Below the pieces are notes generated by a model. That model ran no database searches, had not been told where the DNA came from, and saw nothing but the letters and a program-made list of their open reading frames with translations. Shown here one piece after another: positions 1 to 13,311 of a DNA stretch of 64,000 nt. Location of the stretch: NCBI RefSeq assembly GCF_056712565.1, contig NZ_CM160072.1; one strand, 5' to 3'. Positions within the stretch are counted from its first letter, which is position 1. The number at the start of each line of letters is the position of its first letter. The position numbers and the translations under genes were made by a program.

Positions 1-261
1 GGTCTGCTGAGAGACATAACCCAGGTCCATTGCGATATCAAAAATCGGACGCTCGGTGGTGCGCAACTCAACGGCGGCCAGTAACAGACGGCGCTGGCGA
101 ATGTAATCGCCAAGCGTCTGATGCGTCACCGTGCGGAACATCCGTTGCAAGTACCACTTTGAATAGCCAGATTTTTTTGCGACGACATCAATGTTAAGCG
201 GCTGGTCAATATGCTCGTCAATCCATGCGATAAGATCCTGAATAATTTTCTGATGGGACAT
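1..261 (-). CDS. soxS: SoxS, AraC-family superoxide-response activator; N-terminal part only, the 3' end lies before the window start
   Basis: Minus-strand translation from the ATG at 261 reads MSHQKIIQDLIAWIDEHIDQPLNIDVVAKKSGYSKWYLQRMFRTV..., recognised as SoxS; divergent from soxR. Confidence 0.9.
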   Translation of the reverse strand, partial: MSHQKIIQDLIAWIDEHIDQPLNIDVVAKKSGYSKWYLQRMFRTVTHQTLGDYIRQRRLLLAAVELRTTERPIFDIAMDLGYVSQQT

Positions 262-317
262 AAATCTGCCTCTTTTCAGTGTTCAGTTCGTTAATTCATC
301 TGTTGGGGAGTATAATT

Positions 318-335
318 CCTCAAGTTAACTTGAGG
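318..335. promoter_or_regulatory. SoxR operator, perfect 18-bp palindrome CCTCAAGTTAACTTGAGG in the soxS/soxR divergent promoter
   Basis: Perfect inverted repeat read directly from the sequence, between soxS start (261) and soxR start (347); matches the known SoxR site in the soxS promoter spacer. Confidence 0.8.
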
Positions 336-346
336 TAAAGCGATTT

Positions 347-811
347 ATGGAAAAGAAATTACCCCGCATTAAAGCGCTGCTAACCCCCGGCGAAGTGGCG
401 AAACGCAGCGGTGTGGCGGTATCGGCGCTGCATTTCTATGAAAGCAAAGGGTTGATTACCAGTATCCGTAATAGCGGCAATCAGCGGCGATATAAACGTG
501 ATGTGTTGCGATATGTCGCAATTATCAAAATTGCTCAGCGTATTGGCATTCCGCTCGCAACCATTCGTGAAGCGTTTGGCGTGTTGCCAGAAGGGCATAC
601 GTTAAGTGCGAAAGAGTGGAAACAGCTTTCGTCCCAATGGCGAGAAGAGTTGGATCGGCGCATTCATACCTTAGTGGCGCTGCGTGACGAACTGGATGGA
701 TGTATTGGTTGTGGCTGCCTTTCGCGCAGTGATTGCCCGTTGCGTAACCCGGGCGACCGATTAGGAGAAGAAGGTACCGGCGCACGCTTACTGGAAGATG
801 AACAAAACTAA
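347..811 (+). CDS. soxR: SoxR, MerR-family redox-sensing [2Fe-2S] transcriptional activator
   Basis: 154-aa ORF with N-terminal MerR helix-turn-helix and C-terminal [12 protein letters not shown] cysteine cluster. Confidence 0.95.
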   Translation: MEKKLPRIKALLTPGEVAKRSGVAVSALHFYESKGLITSIRNSGNQRRYKRDVLRYVAIIKIAQRIGIPLATIREAFGVLPEGHTLSAKEWKQLSSQWREELDRRIHTLVALRDELDGCIGCGCLSRSDCPLRNPGDRLGEEGTGARLLEDEQN

Positions 812-945
812 AGCGCCACAAGGGCGCTTTAGTTTGTTTTCCGGTCTTTGTCTTTCTCTCTATCCCGCTGGTACACAGGAGGGTTTCCCCCGACGTCAAC
901 ACACCTCATTCGAGCACGTGGTGGAGGTTCCGGTTGGTGTTGATG
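800..945 (-). ncRNA. ryjA: Possible RyjA small RNA, placed by synteny only
   Basis: In K-12 a roughly 140-nt sRNA is annotated antisense and overlapping the soxR 3' end; I cannot verify its sequence from memory, so the coordinates are approximate. Confidence 0.3.
810..840. terminator. Stem-loop directly after the soxR stop codon (AAAGCGCC/GGCGCTTT, loop ACAAG), possible bidirectional terminator
   Basis: 8-bp perfect stem at 810-817/823-830 followed by a T-rich tract on the plus strand. Confidence 0.5.
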
Positions 946-1357
946 CTTTAATTGTATGTTACCGGCGTTTCTTCGCCAGTGTAAAAGTACACTTTTTAGC
1001 CGCAATATTTTTGTCATCTCAGACGATTTTTTATCGCAATCCTGAACGGTATACGGCTCGATAACGCTGCAATCTTGCGCATCGACGATAACGTTTGCGC
1101 ATCAATTGCCTGGTTTTTCATCGTCAAGACAATAAAAGAGAAAAAAGCAGCAAACTTCGGTTGAAAAAGCCGCTATGATCGCCGGATAATCGTTTGCTTT
1201 TTTTACCACCCGTTTTGTATGCGCGGAGCTAAACGTTTGCTTTTTTTGCGACGCAGCAAATTGTCGCAAACCTGGAGCAGGAAGATAACGTTTCGCTGGC
1301 AGGGGATTGTCCGCCACGCATCTTGACGAAAATTAAACTCTCAGGGGATGTTTTCTT

Positions 1358-2707
1358 ATGTCTACGCCATCAGCGCGTACCGGCGGTTCACTCGACGCCT
1401 GGTTTAAAATTTCACAACGTGGAAGCACTGTCCGTCAGGAAGTGGTTGCCGGGTTAACAACGTTTCTGGCGATGGTCTACTCGGTTATCGTCGTTCCAGG
1501 CATGCTGGGTAAAGCGGGCTTCCCGCCTGCGGCAGTTTTCGTTGCAACCTGTCTGGTTGCCGGACTCGGTTCTATCGTGATGGGTCTGTGGGCTAATCTG
1601 CCGTTGGCGATTGGTTGCGCCATCTCTCTGACGGCGTTTACCGCATTCAGTCTGGTGCTGGGGCAACATATTAGCGTACCTGTCGCGCTGGGTGCCGTGT
1701 TCCTGATGGGTGTGCTGTTTACGGTAATTTCTGCCACGGGTATCCGTAGCTGGATTTTGCGCAACTTGCCGCACGGTGTGGCGCACGGCACGGGGATTGG
1801 TATCGGTCTGTTCCTGCTGCTGATTGCTGCTAATGGTGTCGGTCTGGTGATTAAAAACCCACTTGATGGTCTGCCCGTCGCGCTGGGGGATTTCACGACC
1901 TTTCCGGTGATGATGTCGTTGGTGGGGCTGGCAGTGATTATCGGCCTGGAAAAACTGAAAGTCCCTGGTGGCATTCTGCTGACCATTATCGGTATCTCAA
2001 TTGTCGGTTTGATCTTCGATCCTAACGTCCATTTCTCCGGCGTTTTCGCCATGCCTTCATTGAGCGATGAAAACGGCAATTCACTGATTGGCAGCCTGGA
2101 CATTATGGGTGCGCTGAATCCTGTAGTCCTGCCAAGTGTTCTGGCACTGGTGATGACGGCAGTATTTGATGCCACCGGAACTATCCGTGCCGTCGCCGGT
2201 CAGGCGAACCTGCTGGATAAAGATGGGCAGATCATCGACGGCGGGAAAGCACTGACCACCGACTCCATGAGCAGCGTTTTTTCTGGCCTCGTGGGTGCAG
2301 CTCCGGCAGCGGTATACATCGAGTCTGCGGCGGGTACGGCGGCGGGCGGTAAAACCGGTTTGACGGCTATCACCGTTGGCGTGCTGTTCCTGCTGATTCT
2401 GTTCCTCTCTCCGCTCTCTTACCTCGTTCCGGGGTACGCAACGGCTCCGGCGCTGATGTACGTTGGCCTGCTGATGCTGAGCAACGTGGCGAAAATCGAC
2501 TTTGCTGATTTTGTTGATGCGATGGCGGGTCTGGTTACGGCGGTATTCATCGTGCTGACCTGTAACATCGTAACAGGCATCATGATTGGCTTCGCGACTC
2601 TGGTGATTGGTCGTCTGGTTTCCGGCGAATGGCGCAAGTTGAACATCGGTACGGTCGTTATTGCCGTGGCGCTGGTGACCTTCTATGCGGGTGGCTGGGC
2701 TATCTAA
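1358..2707 (+). CDS. ghxP: Guanine/hypoxanthine permease, NCS2/AzgA-like family
   Basis: 449-aa polytopic membrane ORF at the K-12 yjcD position downstream of soxR. Confidence 0.85.
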   Translation: MSTPSARTGGSLDAWFKISQRGSTVRQEVVAGLTTFLAMVYSVIVVPGMLGKAGFPPAAVFVATCLVAGLGSIVMGLWANLPLAIGCAISLTAFTAFSLVLGQHISVPVALGAVFLMGVLFTVISATGIRSWILRNLPHGVAHGTGIGIGLFLLLIAANGVGLVIKNPLDGLPVALGDFTTFPVMMSLVGLAVIIGLEKLKVPGGILLTIIGISIVGLIFDPNVHFSGVFAMPSLSDENGNSLIGSLDIMGALNPVVLPSVLALVMTAVFDATGTIRAVAGQANLLDKDGQIIDGGKALTTDSMSSVFSGLVGAAPAAVYIESAAGTAAGGKTGLTAITVGVLFLLILFLSPLSYLVPGYATAPALMYVGLLMLSNVAKIDFADFVDAMAGLVTAVFIVLTCNIVTGIMIGFATLVIGRLVSGEWRKLNIGTVVIAVALVTFYAGGWAI

Positions 2708-2857
2708 TCTTACATAGGATTCTGAAAACGGGTGGCAATGGCTGCCCGTTTTTATTTTCTCCGCACATTGTGTGAGCTTTTGCGATATTCTGAAAAAATG
2801 AGAATTCAGGCATAACGCCTTTCTCAGATCATAAAAAACATCGCAAACAGGGAACGC

Positions 2858-4507
2858 ATGGAAATCTTCTTCACCATACTGATAATGACCCTCGTGGTCT
2901 CGCTGTCCGGGGTGGTCACTCGTGTCATGCCCTTTCAGATCCCGCTTCCGCTTATGCAAATCGCCATCGGTGCGCTACTGGCGTGGCCGACGTTTGGTTT
3001 GCATGTGGAGTTTGATCCTGAACTCTTTTTAGTCTTGTTTATCCCGCCGTTGCTGTTCGCTGATGGCTGGAAAACGCCGACCCGTGAATTTCTCGAACAT
3101 GGGCGAGAGATTTTCGGCCTCGCGCTGGCGCTGGTGGTGGTCACCGTGGTCGGCATTGGCTTCCTTATTTACTGGGTGGTGCCGGGCATTCCGCTGATCC
3201 CCGCCTTTGCGCTGGCTGCGGTGCTTTCTCCGACCGATGCTGTAGCGCTCTCCGGGATTGTTGGCGAGGGGCGCATCCCGAAAAAAATCATGGGCATTTT
3301 GCAGGGCGAAGCGTTGATGAATGACGCCTCCGGCCTGGTGTCGTTGAAGTTTGCCGTGGCAGTGGCGATGGGGACAATGATCTTCACCGTCGGCGGTGCG
3401 ACGGTCGAATTTATGAAAGTGGCAATAGGCGGTATTCTCGCCGGTTTTGTGGTGAGCTGGCTGTATGGTCGCTCGCTGCGATTCCTCAGCCGCTGGGGCG
3501 GTGATGAACCCGCGACGCAGATCGTTCTGCTGTTCTTGCTGCCATTCGCTTCTTATCTGATTGCGGAACATATTGGCGTTTCCGGCATCCTCGCTGCGGT
3601 TGCCGCCGGGATGACCATCACCCGCTCCGGTGTGATGCGCCGTGCGCCGCTGGCAATGCGCCTGCGCGCAAACAGCACCTGGGCGATGCTGGAATTTGTC
3701 TTTAACGGCATGGTGTTCCTGCTGTTAGGTCTGCAGTTGCCGGGGATTCTGGAGACGTCGCTGATGGCGGCAGAAATCGACCCTAACGTCGAAATCTGGA
3801 TGCTGTTTACCGATATTATTCTGATATATGCGGCGCTGATGCTGGTCCGTTTCGGCTGGCTGTGGACGATGAAAAAGTTCAGCAACCGCTTCCTGAAGAA
3901 GAAGCCGATGGAGTTTGGTTCGTGGACTACACGAGAAATCCTGATCGCGTCTTTCGCCGGGGTGCGTGGGGCGATCACTCTGGCCGGTGTGCTCTCTATC
4001 CCGCTTCTCTTGCCGGATGGTAACGTCTTCCCTGCGCGCTATGAGTTGGTGTTCCTGGCGGCTGGCGTCATTCTCTTCTCATTGTTTGTCGGCGTGGTGA
4101 TGTTGCCTATTCTGCTACAACACATAGAAGTCGCGGACCATTCGCAACAATTGAAAGAGGAACGTATTGCACGAGCGGCAACGGCAGAAGTGGCGATTGT
4201 GGCGATCCAGAAAATGGAGGAGCGTCTGGCGGCGGATACCGAAGAGAATATCGATAACCAGCTGCTCACAGAGGTTAGTTCTCGCGTCATTGGTAACCTG
4301 CGTCGTCGCGCCGATGGACGTAATGATGTAGAAAGTTCAATCCTGGAAGAGAACCTGGAGCGTCGCTTCCGTCTGGCGGCATTGCGTTCTGAACGTGCTG
4401 AACTGTACCACCTGCGCGCCACGCGGGAGATCAGTAACGAAACGCTGCAAAAATTACTGCACGATCTCGATTTGCTTGAAGCGTTGCTGATTGAGGAAAA
4501 TCAGTAA
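2858..4507 (+). CDS. yjcE: Putative Na+/H+ exchanger, CPA1 family
   Basis: 549-aa membrane ORF with a charged C-terminal cytoplasmic domain; synteny. Confidence 0.85.
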   Translation: MEIFFTILIMTLVVSLSGVVTRVMPFQIPLPLMQIAIGALLAWPTFGLHVEFDPELFLVLFIPPLLFADGWKTPTREFLEHGREIFGLALALVVVTVVGIGFLIYWVVPGIPLIPAFALAAVLSPTDAVALSGIVGEGRIPKKIMGILQGEALMNDASGLVSLKFAVAVAMGTMIFTVGGATVEFMKVAIGGILAGFVVSWLYGRSLRFLSRWGGDEPATQIVLLFLLPFASYLIAEHIGVSGILAAVAAGMTITRSGVMRRAPLAMRLRANSTWAMLEFVFNGMVFLLLGLQLPGILETSLMAAEIDPNVEIWMLFTDIILIYAALMLVRFGWLWTMKKFSNRFLKKKPMEFGSWTTREILIASFAGVRGAITLAGVLSIPLLLPDGNVFPARYELVFLAAGVILFSLFVGVVMLPILLQHIEVADHSQQLKEERIARAATAEVAIVAIQKMEERLAADTEENIDNQLLTEVSSRVIGNLRRRADGRNDVESSILEENLERRFRLAALRSERAELYHLRATREISNETLQKLLHDLDLLEALLIEENQ

Positions 4508-4516
4508 TCTGCATGG

Positions 4517-4536
4517 TTGGCGGGCGAGCCCGCCAA
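4517..4536. terminator. Hairpin TTGGCGGGC-GAG-GCCCGCCAA between the convergent yjcE and LysR-type genes
   Basis: Perfect 9-bp GC-rich stem with 3-nt loop; no long U-tract on either side. Confidence 0.45.
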
Positions 4537-4542
4537 CCCGAC

Positions 4543-5427
4543 TTACTCTGGCGTTAACCAGTATCCTTCACAACAGCTCAGCCACGCGTGGGCAGAGTGG
4601 GAAAGGTAAACGCCCTCACGCCAAATCATTCCTAATTTCCAGCTTAGTTCGCTTTCCAGCGGTAGCCATTTTAAGGTGTTTTTATCTAATCGCTGGCAAA
4701 TGGGTTCCGGCAATATGGCTATTCCGACACCGGCCTGAACCATCGCGGCGAGAAAATCCCATTGCCCGCTGCGAACTGCAATTCTCGGCTTAACGCCATG
4801 TTCATCGAATAACTTCATCAATTGCTTACTTAAGGCAAAATCTTCGTTATAGATAAGTAGAGGATGTTCCGCCAATGTCTCCGGTGAGACGGCATCACAT
4901 TCAAGCCATTTACCTGAATGTGGCGTCAGTACACATAGTGGATGACTAAACAGCGATAACGTTGTCAGGCCGCTTTCTTCTACTGGCAGGGCTGTCAGTG
5001 CCATATCCAGTTCACCGTTCATCACCGCTTGTTGTACCGTCAGACCACCAAACTCCGAAATTTTCAATTCTACGCCGGGGTAACGCTGGCGAAAAAGGCC
5101 AATCGGCCCGGCCATCAACATCCCAACCATCGGCGGGATTCCCAGCCGCAAAACGCCGGTTTTAAGCTGATTGATATCGCTAAGCTCAGCTTCCAGTTGC
5201 CGAAACTCAGCCAGTAAAGCCAGCCCGCGCTCAAATACGACGCGACCAGTATCAGTGAGAAGCAGCCGACGACCATCGCGGATCAACAATATACAGTTCA
5301 GCTCATCTTCGAGATTCTTCAGCATCTTGCTGATAGTTGGTTGGGTGACAAACAACTTCTCCGCTGCGCGGGTGAAGCTTTGCTGGCGCACGACTTCGAC
5401 AAAATAACGCAGCGTTCTGATATCCAT
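4543..5427 (-). CDS. LysR-family transcriptional regulator
   Basis: 294-aa ORF; N-terminal MDIRTLRYFVEVVRQQSFTRAAEKLFVTQPTISKMLKNLE is a typical LysR helix-turn-helix; divergent from the LrgA-like gene. Confidence 0.85.
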   Translation of the reverse strand: MDIRTLRYFVEVVRQQSFTRAAEKLFVTQPTISKMLKNLEDELNCILLIRDGRRLLLTDTGRVVFERGLALLAEFRQLEAELSDINQLKTGVLRLGIPPMVGMLMAGPIGLFRQRYPGVELKISEFGGLTVQQAVMNGELDMALTALPVEESGLTTLSLFSHPLCVLTPHSGKWLECDAVSPETLAEHPLLIYNEDFALSKQLMKLFDEHGVKPRIAVRSGQWDFLAAMVQAGVGIAILPEPICQRLDKNTLKWLPLESELSWKLGMIWREGVYLSHSAHAWLSCCEGYWLTPE

Positions 5428-5530
5428 AACTATTCCCTTTGACTATACCTGCAATGATTTTAATTCATTTCAGTCAGGGGCGAGCGCTCTCTATACTTAC
5501 CATTCTGTTTTATTTTCAGGATATCCTCTC

Positions 5531-5941
5531 ATGCCCGTGGCGCTTCGCCGCATTACCCCTGCCGTAGTGCAATCTATCCAGGTATTTTTTCAGGTTGTGC
5601 TGTATGCAGGTTTATTTATTTTTGCGCAGTATCTCGTCTCCTGGCTGCATTTGCCGCTGCCTGCCAACCTGGTGGGGATGATCCTGATGCTGGCGCTGAT
5701 TGTTTGTCGCATTCTTCCTCTGCAATGGGTTCGAGCCGGGGCGCGTTGGCTATTGGCCGAAATGTTGCTGTTTTTTGTCCCTGCCGTGGTGGCTGTGGTG
5801 AACTATGCACAACTATTACTGGTGGATGGCTGGCGTATTTTTGCTGTGATCGCGCTGAGTACGGTGATGGTGCTGGGCACGACTGCCTGGGTAGTGGAAA
5901 AAGTCTATCGCTATGAAATGCGCAGGTTAAACCGTGGCTAA
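5531..5941 (+). CDS. LrgA/CidA-family small membrane protein
   Basis: 136-aa ORF with about four hydrophobic segments; ATGGCTAA overlap with the downstream LrgB-like gene. Confidence 0.75.
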   Translation: MPVALRRITPAVVQSIQVFFQVVLYAGLFIFAQYLVSWLHLPLPANLVGMILMLALIVCRILPLQWVRAGARWLLAEMLLFFVPAVVAVVNYAQLLLVDGWRIFAVIALSTVMVLGTTAWVVEKVYRYEMRRLNRG

Positions 5942-6623
5942 TTTTCAGCTAAGTATGCTCTGTCTGGCAATTACGCTAGTTATCTATTTTCTTAACAAAC
6001 GCCTTTATCGCCGCTTTCGTAAATTGCCATTGATGCCTCTGGTGCTGACGCCTACGCTACTGGTTATGCTGCTGGTTTTTGGCAATATTTCCTGGCAAAA
6101 CTATATTGGCGAAGCGCACGGGTTACTATGGCTATTAGGTCCGGCCACCATCGCCTTTGCGGTACCAGTGTATGACAATCGGGCGATCATTAAGCGTCAC
6201 TGGATGTCGTTGACGGCAGGCGTACTGACGGCAACGGTGGTGGCAGTGACCAGCTCAGTGTGGCTGGCGCGATTGTTTACCCTGCCAGATGAGATCCAGC
6301 GTAGCCTGGCGGTGCGTTCGGTCACTACGCCATTTGCTTTGGCAGCGAGCCAGTCGCTCGGCGGACAGCCTGATCTGGTGGCGCTGTTTGTGGTGGTCAC
6401 CGGTGTGTTTGGCATGGCGATTGGCGACGTGTTGTTTTTACGTCTCTCTATTCGCGAAGGGATGGCGAAAGGTGCTGGATTCGGCGCGGCATCTCATGGT
6501 GCCGGGACTGCGCGGTCATATGAACTGGGTCAACAAGAAGGCGTAGTTGCAAGCCTGGTCATGATGCTTTCAGGTGTATTGATGGTATTGGTTTCGCCGC
6601 TGGTGGCCAGGATGATGTTCTGA
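5934..6623 (+). CDS. LrgB/CidB-family membrane protein
   Basis: 229-aa polytopic membrane ORF, overlaps the LrgA-like stop by 8 nt (translational coupling). Confidence 0.75.
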   Translation: MANFQLSMLCLAITLVIYFLNKRLYRRFRKLPLMPLVLTPTLLVMLLVFGNISWQNYIGEAHGLLWLLGPATIAFAVPVYDNRAIIKRHWMSLTAGVLTATVVAVTSSVWLARLFTLPDEIQRSLAVRSVTTPFALAASQSLGGQPDLVALFVVVTGVFGMAIGDVLFLRLSIREGMAKGAGFGAASHGAGTARSYELGQQEGVVASLVMMLSGVLMVLVSPLVARMMF

Positions 6624-6661
6624 AGAAATTCCCCGATCAAGCGACCGGGGAAGGGGAGAGA

Positions 6662-8625
<1,964 letters not shown>

Positions 8626-8701
8626 AGATTCTCCAGAGGTAATGTAGGGATTGTTTTAATTCCCGCTCCCTTATGGGAGAAGGTTAACGCTTGGGTAACC
8701 C

Positions 8702-8907
8702 TTGCCGAATGTAGGCCGGATAAGGCGTTATACGCCGCATCCGGCAATCAATGCCTGATGCGACGCTGTCGCGTCTTATCAGGCCTACAGCCGTTGCCGA
8801 ATGTAGGCCGGATAAGGCGTTCACGCCGCATCCGGCAACCAGCGCCTGATGCGCCGCTGTCGCGTCTTATCAGGCCTACAAACCGTTACCGACTCGCATC
8901 CGGCAAT
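8702..8907. repeat. BIME: tandem duplication of a 92-bp unit of two REP-like palindromes (about 2.2 copies)
   Basis: Unit starting at 8702 repeats at 8794 with a few substitutions, followed by a partial third copy; contains GCCGGATAAGGCGTT..ACGCCGCATCCGGC and GCCTGATGCG..CGTCTTATCAGGCCTAC. Confidence 0.85.
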
Positions 8908-8913
8908 TGTGGG

Positions 8914-10872
8914 TTACGATGGCATCGCGATGGCCTGCTTCTCTTCAAGCAGCTTCTCGACTACGCCAGGATCGGCAAGCGTCGAGGTATCGCCCAGGTT
9001 GCTGGTATCGCCCGCCGCAATTTTGCGCAGAATACGGCGCATAATTTTGCCGGAGCGGGTTTTAGGCAGGGAGTCGGTCCAGTGCAGCACGTCTGGCGTC
9101 GCCAGCGGGCCAATCTCTTTACGCACCCAGTTGCGGACTTCTGCGTACAGTTCTGGTGACGGTTCCTCCCCGTGATTAAGCGTGACGTAGGCGTAGATCG
9201 CCTGACCTTTAATATTGTGCGGAATACCGACCACAGCGGCTTCGGCAATTTTCGGATGCGCCACCAGCGCCGACTCAATCTCTGCCGTCCCCAGGCGGTG
9301 ACCGGAGACGTTCAGCACGTCGTCCACGCGCCCGGTGATCCAGTAATAGCCATCTTCATCGCGACGCGCGCCGTCGCCGCTGAAATACATATTTTTGAAG
9401 GTGGAGAAGTAGGTCTGCTCAAAACGTTCGTGATCGCCAAACAGAGTACGCGCCTGACCCGGCCAGGAGTCGGTGATCACCAGACTGCCTTCGGTGGCCC
9501 CCTCCAGCGGGTTACCTTCGTTATCGACCAGCGCTGGTTGCACGCCGAAGAACGGACGTGTTGCCGAACCGGCTTTCAGCTCGGTAGCGCCAGGCAGTGG
9601 CGTGATCATGAAACCGCCAGTTTCGGTCTGCCACCAGGTGTCGACCACCGGGCATTTCTCATTGCCGATCTTCTTCCAGTACCACTCCCACGCTTCCGGG
9701 TTAATTGGCTCGCCCACGGAACCGAGAATGCGCAGCGACGAACGGTCGGTGCCTTCGATCGCTTTATCGCCTTCCGCCATCAGCGCGCGAATCGCCGTGG
9801 GCGCGGTATAGAGAATATTGACCTGATGCTTGTCCACCACCTGCGCCATACGGGCAGGCGTCGGCCAGTTCGGTACGCCTTCAAACATCAGCGTGGTCGC
9901 GCCGCAGGCCAGCGGGCCATACAGCAAATAACTGTGTCCGGTAACCCAGCCCACATCGGCGGTGCACCAGTAGATGTCGCCCGGATGATAATCAAAGACA
10001 TATTTAAAGGTCAGCGCCGCGTACACCAGATAACCGCCGGTAGTGTGCAGCACGCCTTTTGGCTTACCGGTAGAACCGGAGGTATAGAGAATAAACAGCG
10101 GATCTTCGGCGTTCATCTCTTCCGCCTGGTGCTGATCGCTGGCTTGCTCAACCAGGTCGTGCCACCACAGGTCGCGCCCTTCCTGCCAGTCAATTTTTCC
10201 GCCAGTACGCTTCAGTACCACCACATGCTCTACGCTGGTGACGTTCGGGTTTTTCAGCGCGTCATCAACGTTTTTCTTCAGCGGAATACTACGCCCGGCA
10301 CGCACACCTTCGTCGGAAGTGATCACCAGTCGTGAACTGGAGTCGATAATGCGTCCGGCAACGGCTTCCGGCGAGAAGCCGCCGAAAATCACCGAATGTA
10401 CCGCGCCAATGCGGGCGCAGGCCAGCATCGCGACCGCGGCTTCCGGTACCATCGGCATATAAATCGCAACTACGTCACCTTTTTTAATGCCCAGTTCGAG
10501 CAGGGTATTGGCGAAGCGGCAGACGTCGCGGTGCAGCTCTTTATAGCTAATATGTTTGCTCTGGCTGGCGTCGTCGCCTTCCCAGATGATGGCGGTACGA
10601 TCGCCGTTTTCTTGCAGATGGCGGTCAAGGCAGTTTGCCGCCAGATTCAGCGTGCCGTCCTCGTACCATTTAATGGACACATTACCGGGGGCAAAGGAGG
10701 TGTTTTTCACCTTCTGGTACGGTGTGATCCAGTCGAGAATTTTTCCCTGTTCGCCCCAGAAGGTATCTGGTGCGTTAATAGATTGTTGATACATCGCCTC
10801 GTACTGCTGAGGGTTTATCAGGCAACGGTCTGCGATGTTGGCAGGAATGGTGTGTTTGTGAATTTGACTCAT
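8914..10872 (-). CDS. acs: Acetyl-CoA synthetase (AMP-forming)
   Basis: 652-aa ORF recognised along its whole length as E. coli Acs. Confidence 0.95.
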   Translation of the reverse strand: MSQIHKHTIPANIADRCLINPQQYEAMYQQSINAPDTFWGEQGKILDWITPYQKVKNTSFAPGNVSIKWYEDGTLNLAANCLDRHLQENGDRTAIIWEGDDASQSKHISYKELHRDVCRFANTLLELGIKKGDVVAIYMPMVPEAAVAMLACARIGAVHSVIFGGFSPEAVAGRIIDSSSRLVITSDEGVRAGRSIPLKKNVDDALKNPNVTSVEHVVVLKRTGGKIDWQEGRDLWWHDLVEQASDQHQAEEMNAEDPLFILYTSGSTGKPKGVLHTTGGYLVYAALTFKYVFDYHPGDIYWCTADVGWVTGHSYLLYGPLACGATTLMFEGVPNWPTPARMAQVVDKHQVNILYTAPTAIRALMAEGDKAIEGTDRSSLRILGSVGEPINPEAWEWYWKKIGNEKCPVVDTWWQTETGGFMITPLPGATELKAGSATRPFFGVQPALVDNEGNPLEGATEGSLVITDSWPGQARTLFGDHERFEQTYFSTFKNMYFSGDGARRDEDGYYWITGRVDDVLNVSGHRLGTAEIESALVAHPKIAEAAVVGIPHNIKGQAIYAYVTLNHGEEPSPELYAEVRNWVRKEIGPLATPDVLHWTDSLPKTRSGKIMRRILRKIAAGDTSNLGDTSTLADPGVVEKLLEEKQAIAMPS

Positions 10873-11089
10873 GCTTTTGTTCTCCTTGTAAGATGTTAAT
10901 AATATGTGGCATAAGCGTTAAATGTAGGGGTATTGGCAGTTTTGTTTAGTATTTGGGCGACAGATCACGCAAAAGTAGAATTGTGCAAATAAACGGCAGG
11001 GTAATTTTTGAAGGTCAGCAACAAAAGTTGATTAATTCTTTGAGGAACATGCAGTTATGCATGCTGTTGAAAAAGAGGAAGATACTGAC

Positions 11090-11105
11090 TAACTCTAAAG
11101 TGGTA
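11090..11105 (+). promoter_or_regulatory. Candidate NarL/NarP 7-2-7 site TAACTCT-AA-AGTGGTA in the nrfA promoter
   Basis: Inverted heptamers with 2-bp spacer, centred at 11097.5, which is 33 bp upstream of the FNR-like site centre, as expected for -74.5 and -41.5. Confidence 0.5.
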
Positions 11106-11123
11106 TTTTACATGCACTTACAA

Positions 11124-11137
11124 TTGATTAAAGACAA
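11124..11137 (+). promoter_or_regulatory. Candidate FNR site TTGAT-TAAA-GACAA for the nrfA promoter
   Basis: Perfect left half-site and a degenerate right half-site, centred at 11130.5; implies a transcription start near 11172. Confidence 0.5.
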
Positions 11138-11257
11138 CATTCATAGTGTGGTTATTTGTTACACATAGGGACGAGCAATGTCATGACAGTGTAGGTGCGG
11201 TTACTGTCGTGAAAAACAATAAAAACCGCCATTGCAACAATGGCGCAATTCGGATGA

Positions 11258-12700
<1,443 letters not shown>

Positions 12701-12744
12701 CCCCGTTCCGCCTCGCAAGGGGCGGAAAACACAATGGAGTGAAT

Positions 12745-13311
12745 ATGAGCGTATTACGTTCGTTATTAACTGCCGGGGTGCTGGCGTCGGGCCTGTTGTG
12801 GAGCCTGAACGGAATTACCGCTACCCCTGCGGCGCAGGCATCTGGTGATCGCTACGAAGTTACCCAGCAGCGTAACCCGGATGCCGCCTGTCTGGACTGT
12901 CATAAGCCAGATACCGAAGGTATGCATGGCAAACATGCTTCCGTTATCAACCCGAATAACAAACTGCCGGTCACCTGCACCAACTGCCACGGTCAGCCAT
13001 CACCGCAACACCGCGAAGGGGTGAAAGATGTGATGCGCTTTAACGAGCCGATGTACAAGGTTGGAGAGCAGAACAGCGTCTGTATGTCCTGCCATCTGCC
13101 GGAACAGTTGCAAAAAGCGTTCTGGCCGCACGATGTCCACGTAACCAAAGTGGCGTGCGCCAGCTGCCATTCCCTGCATCCACAGCAAGATACGATGCAG
13201 ACGTTAAGTGACAAAGGACGGATTAAGATTTGCGTCGATTGCCACAGCGATCAACGCACCAATCCGAACTTTAACCCGGCGTCTGTTCCGTTGCTTAAGG
13301 AGCAGCCATGA
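12745..13311 (+). CDS. nrfB: Pentahaem c-type cytochrome, electron donor to NrfA
   Basis: Signal peptide plus five CXXCH motifs; start taken at MSVLRSLL. Confidence 0.9.
   Translation: MSVLRSLLTAGVLASGLLWSLNGITATPAAQASGDRYEVTQQRNPDAACLDCHKPDTEGMHGKHASVINPNNKLPVTCTNCHGQPSPQHREGVKDVMRFNEPMYKVGEQNSVCMSCHLPEQLQKAFWPHDVHVTKVACASCHSLHPQQDTMQTLSDKGRIKICVDCHSDQRTNPNFNPASVPLLKEQP

Noticed and set aside
2081-2959. 292-aa minus-strand ORF spanning the ghxP 3' end and the yjcE start
   Set aside because: Antisense to two well-supported membrane-protein genes and crosses their intergenic terminator
5531-6623. LrgA/LrgB-like pair as a phage holin-antiholin lysis cassette
   Set aside because: No endolysin, integrase, capsid or other phage genes nearby; chromosomal LrgAB/CidAB homologues are better explained as regulated membrane transporters or effectors
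9172-10335. 387-aa plus-strand ORF
   Set aside because: Lies entirely antisense to the well-supported acs gene; Arg/His-rich composition typical of spurious antisense ORFs in GC-rich coding DNA
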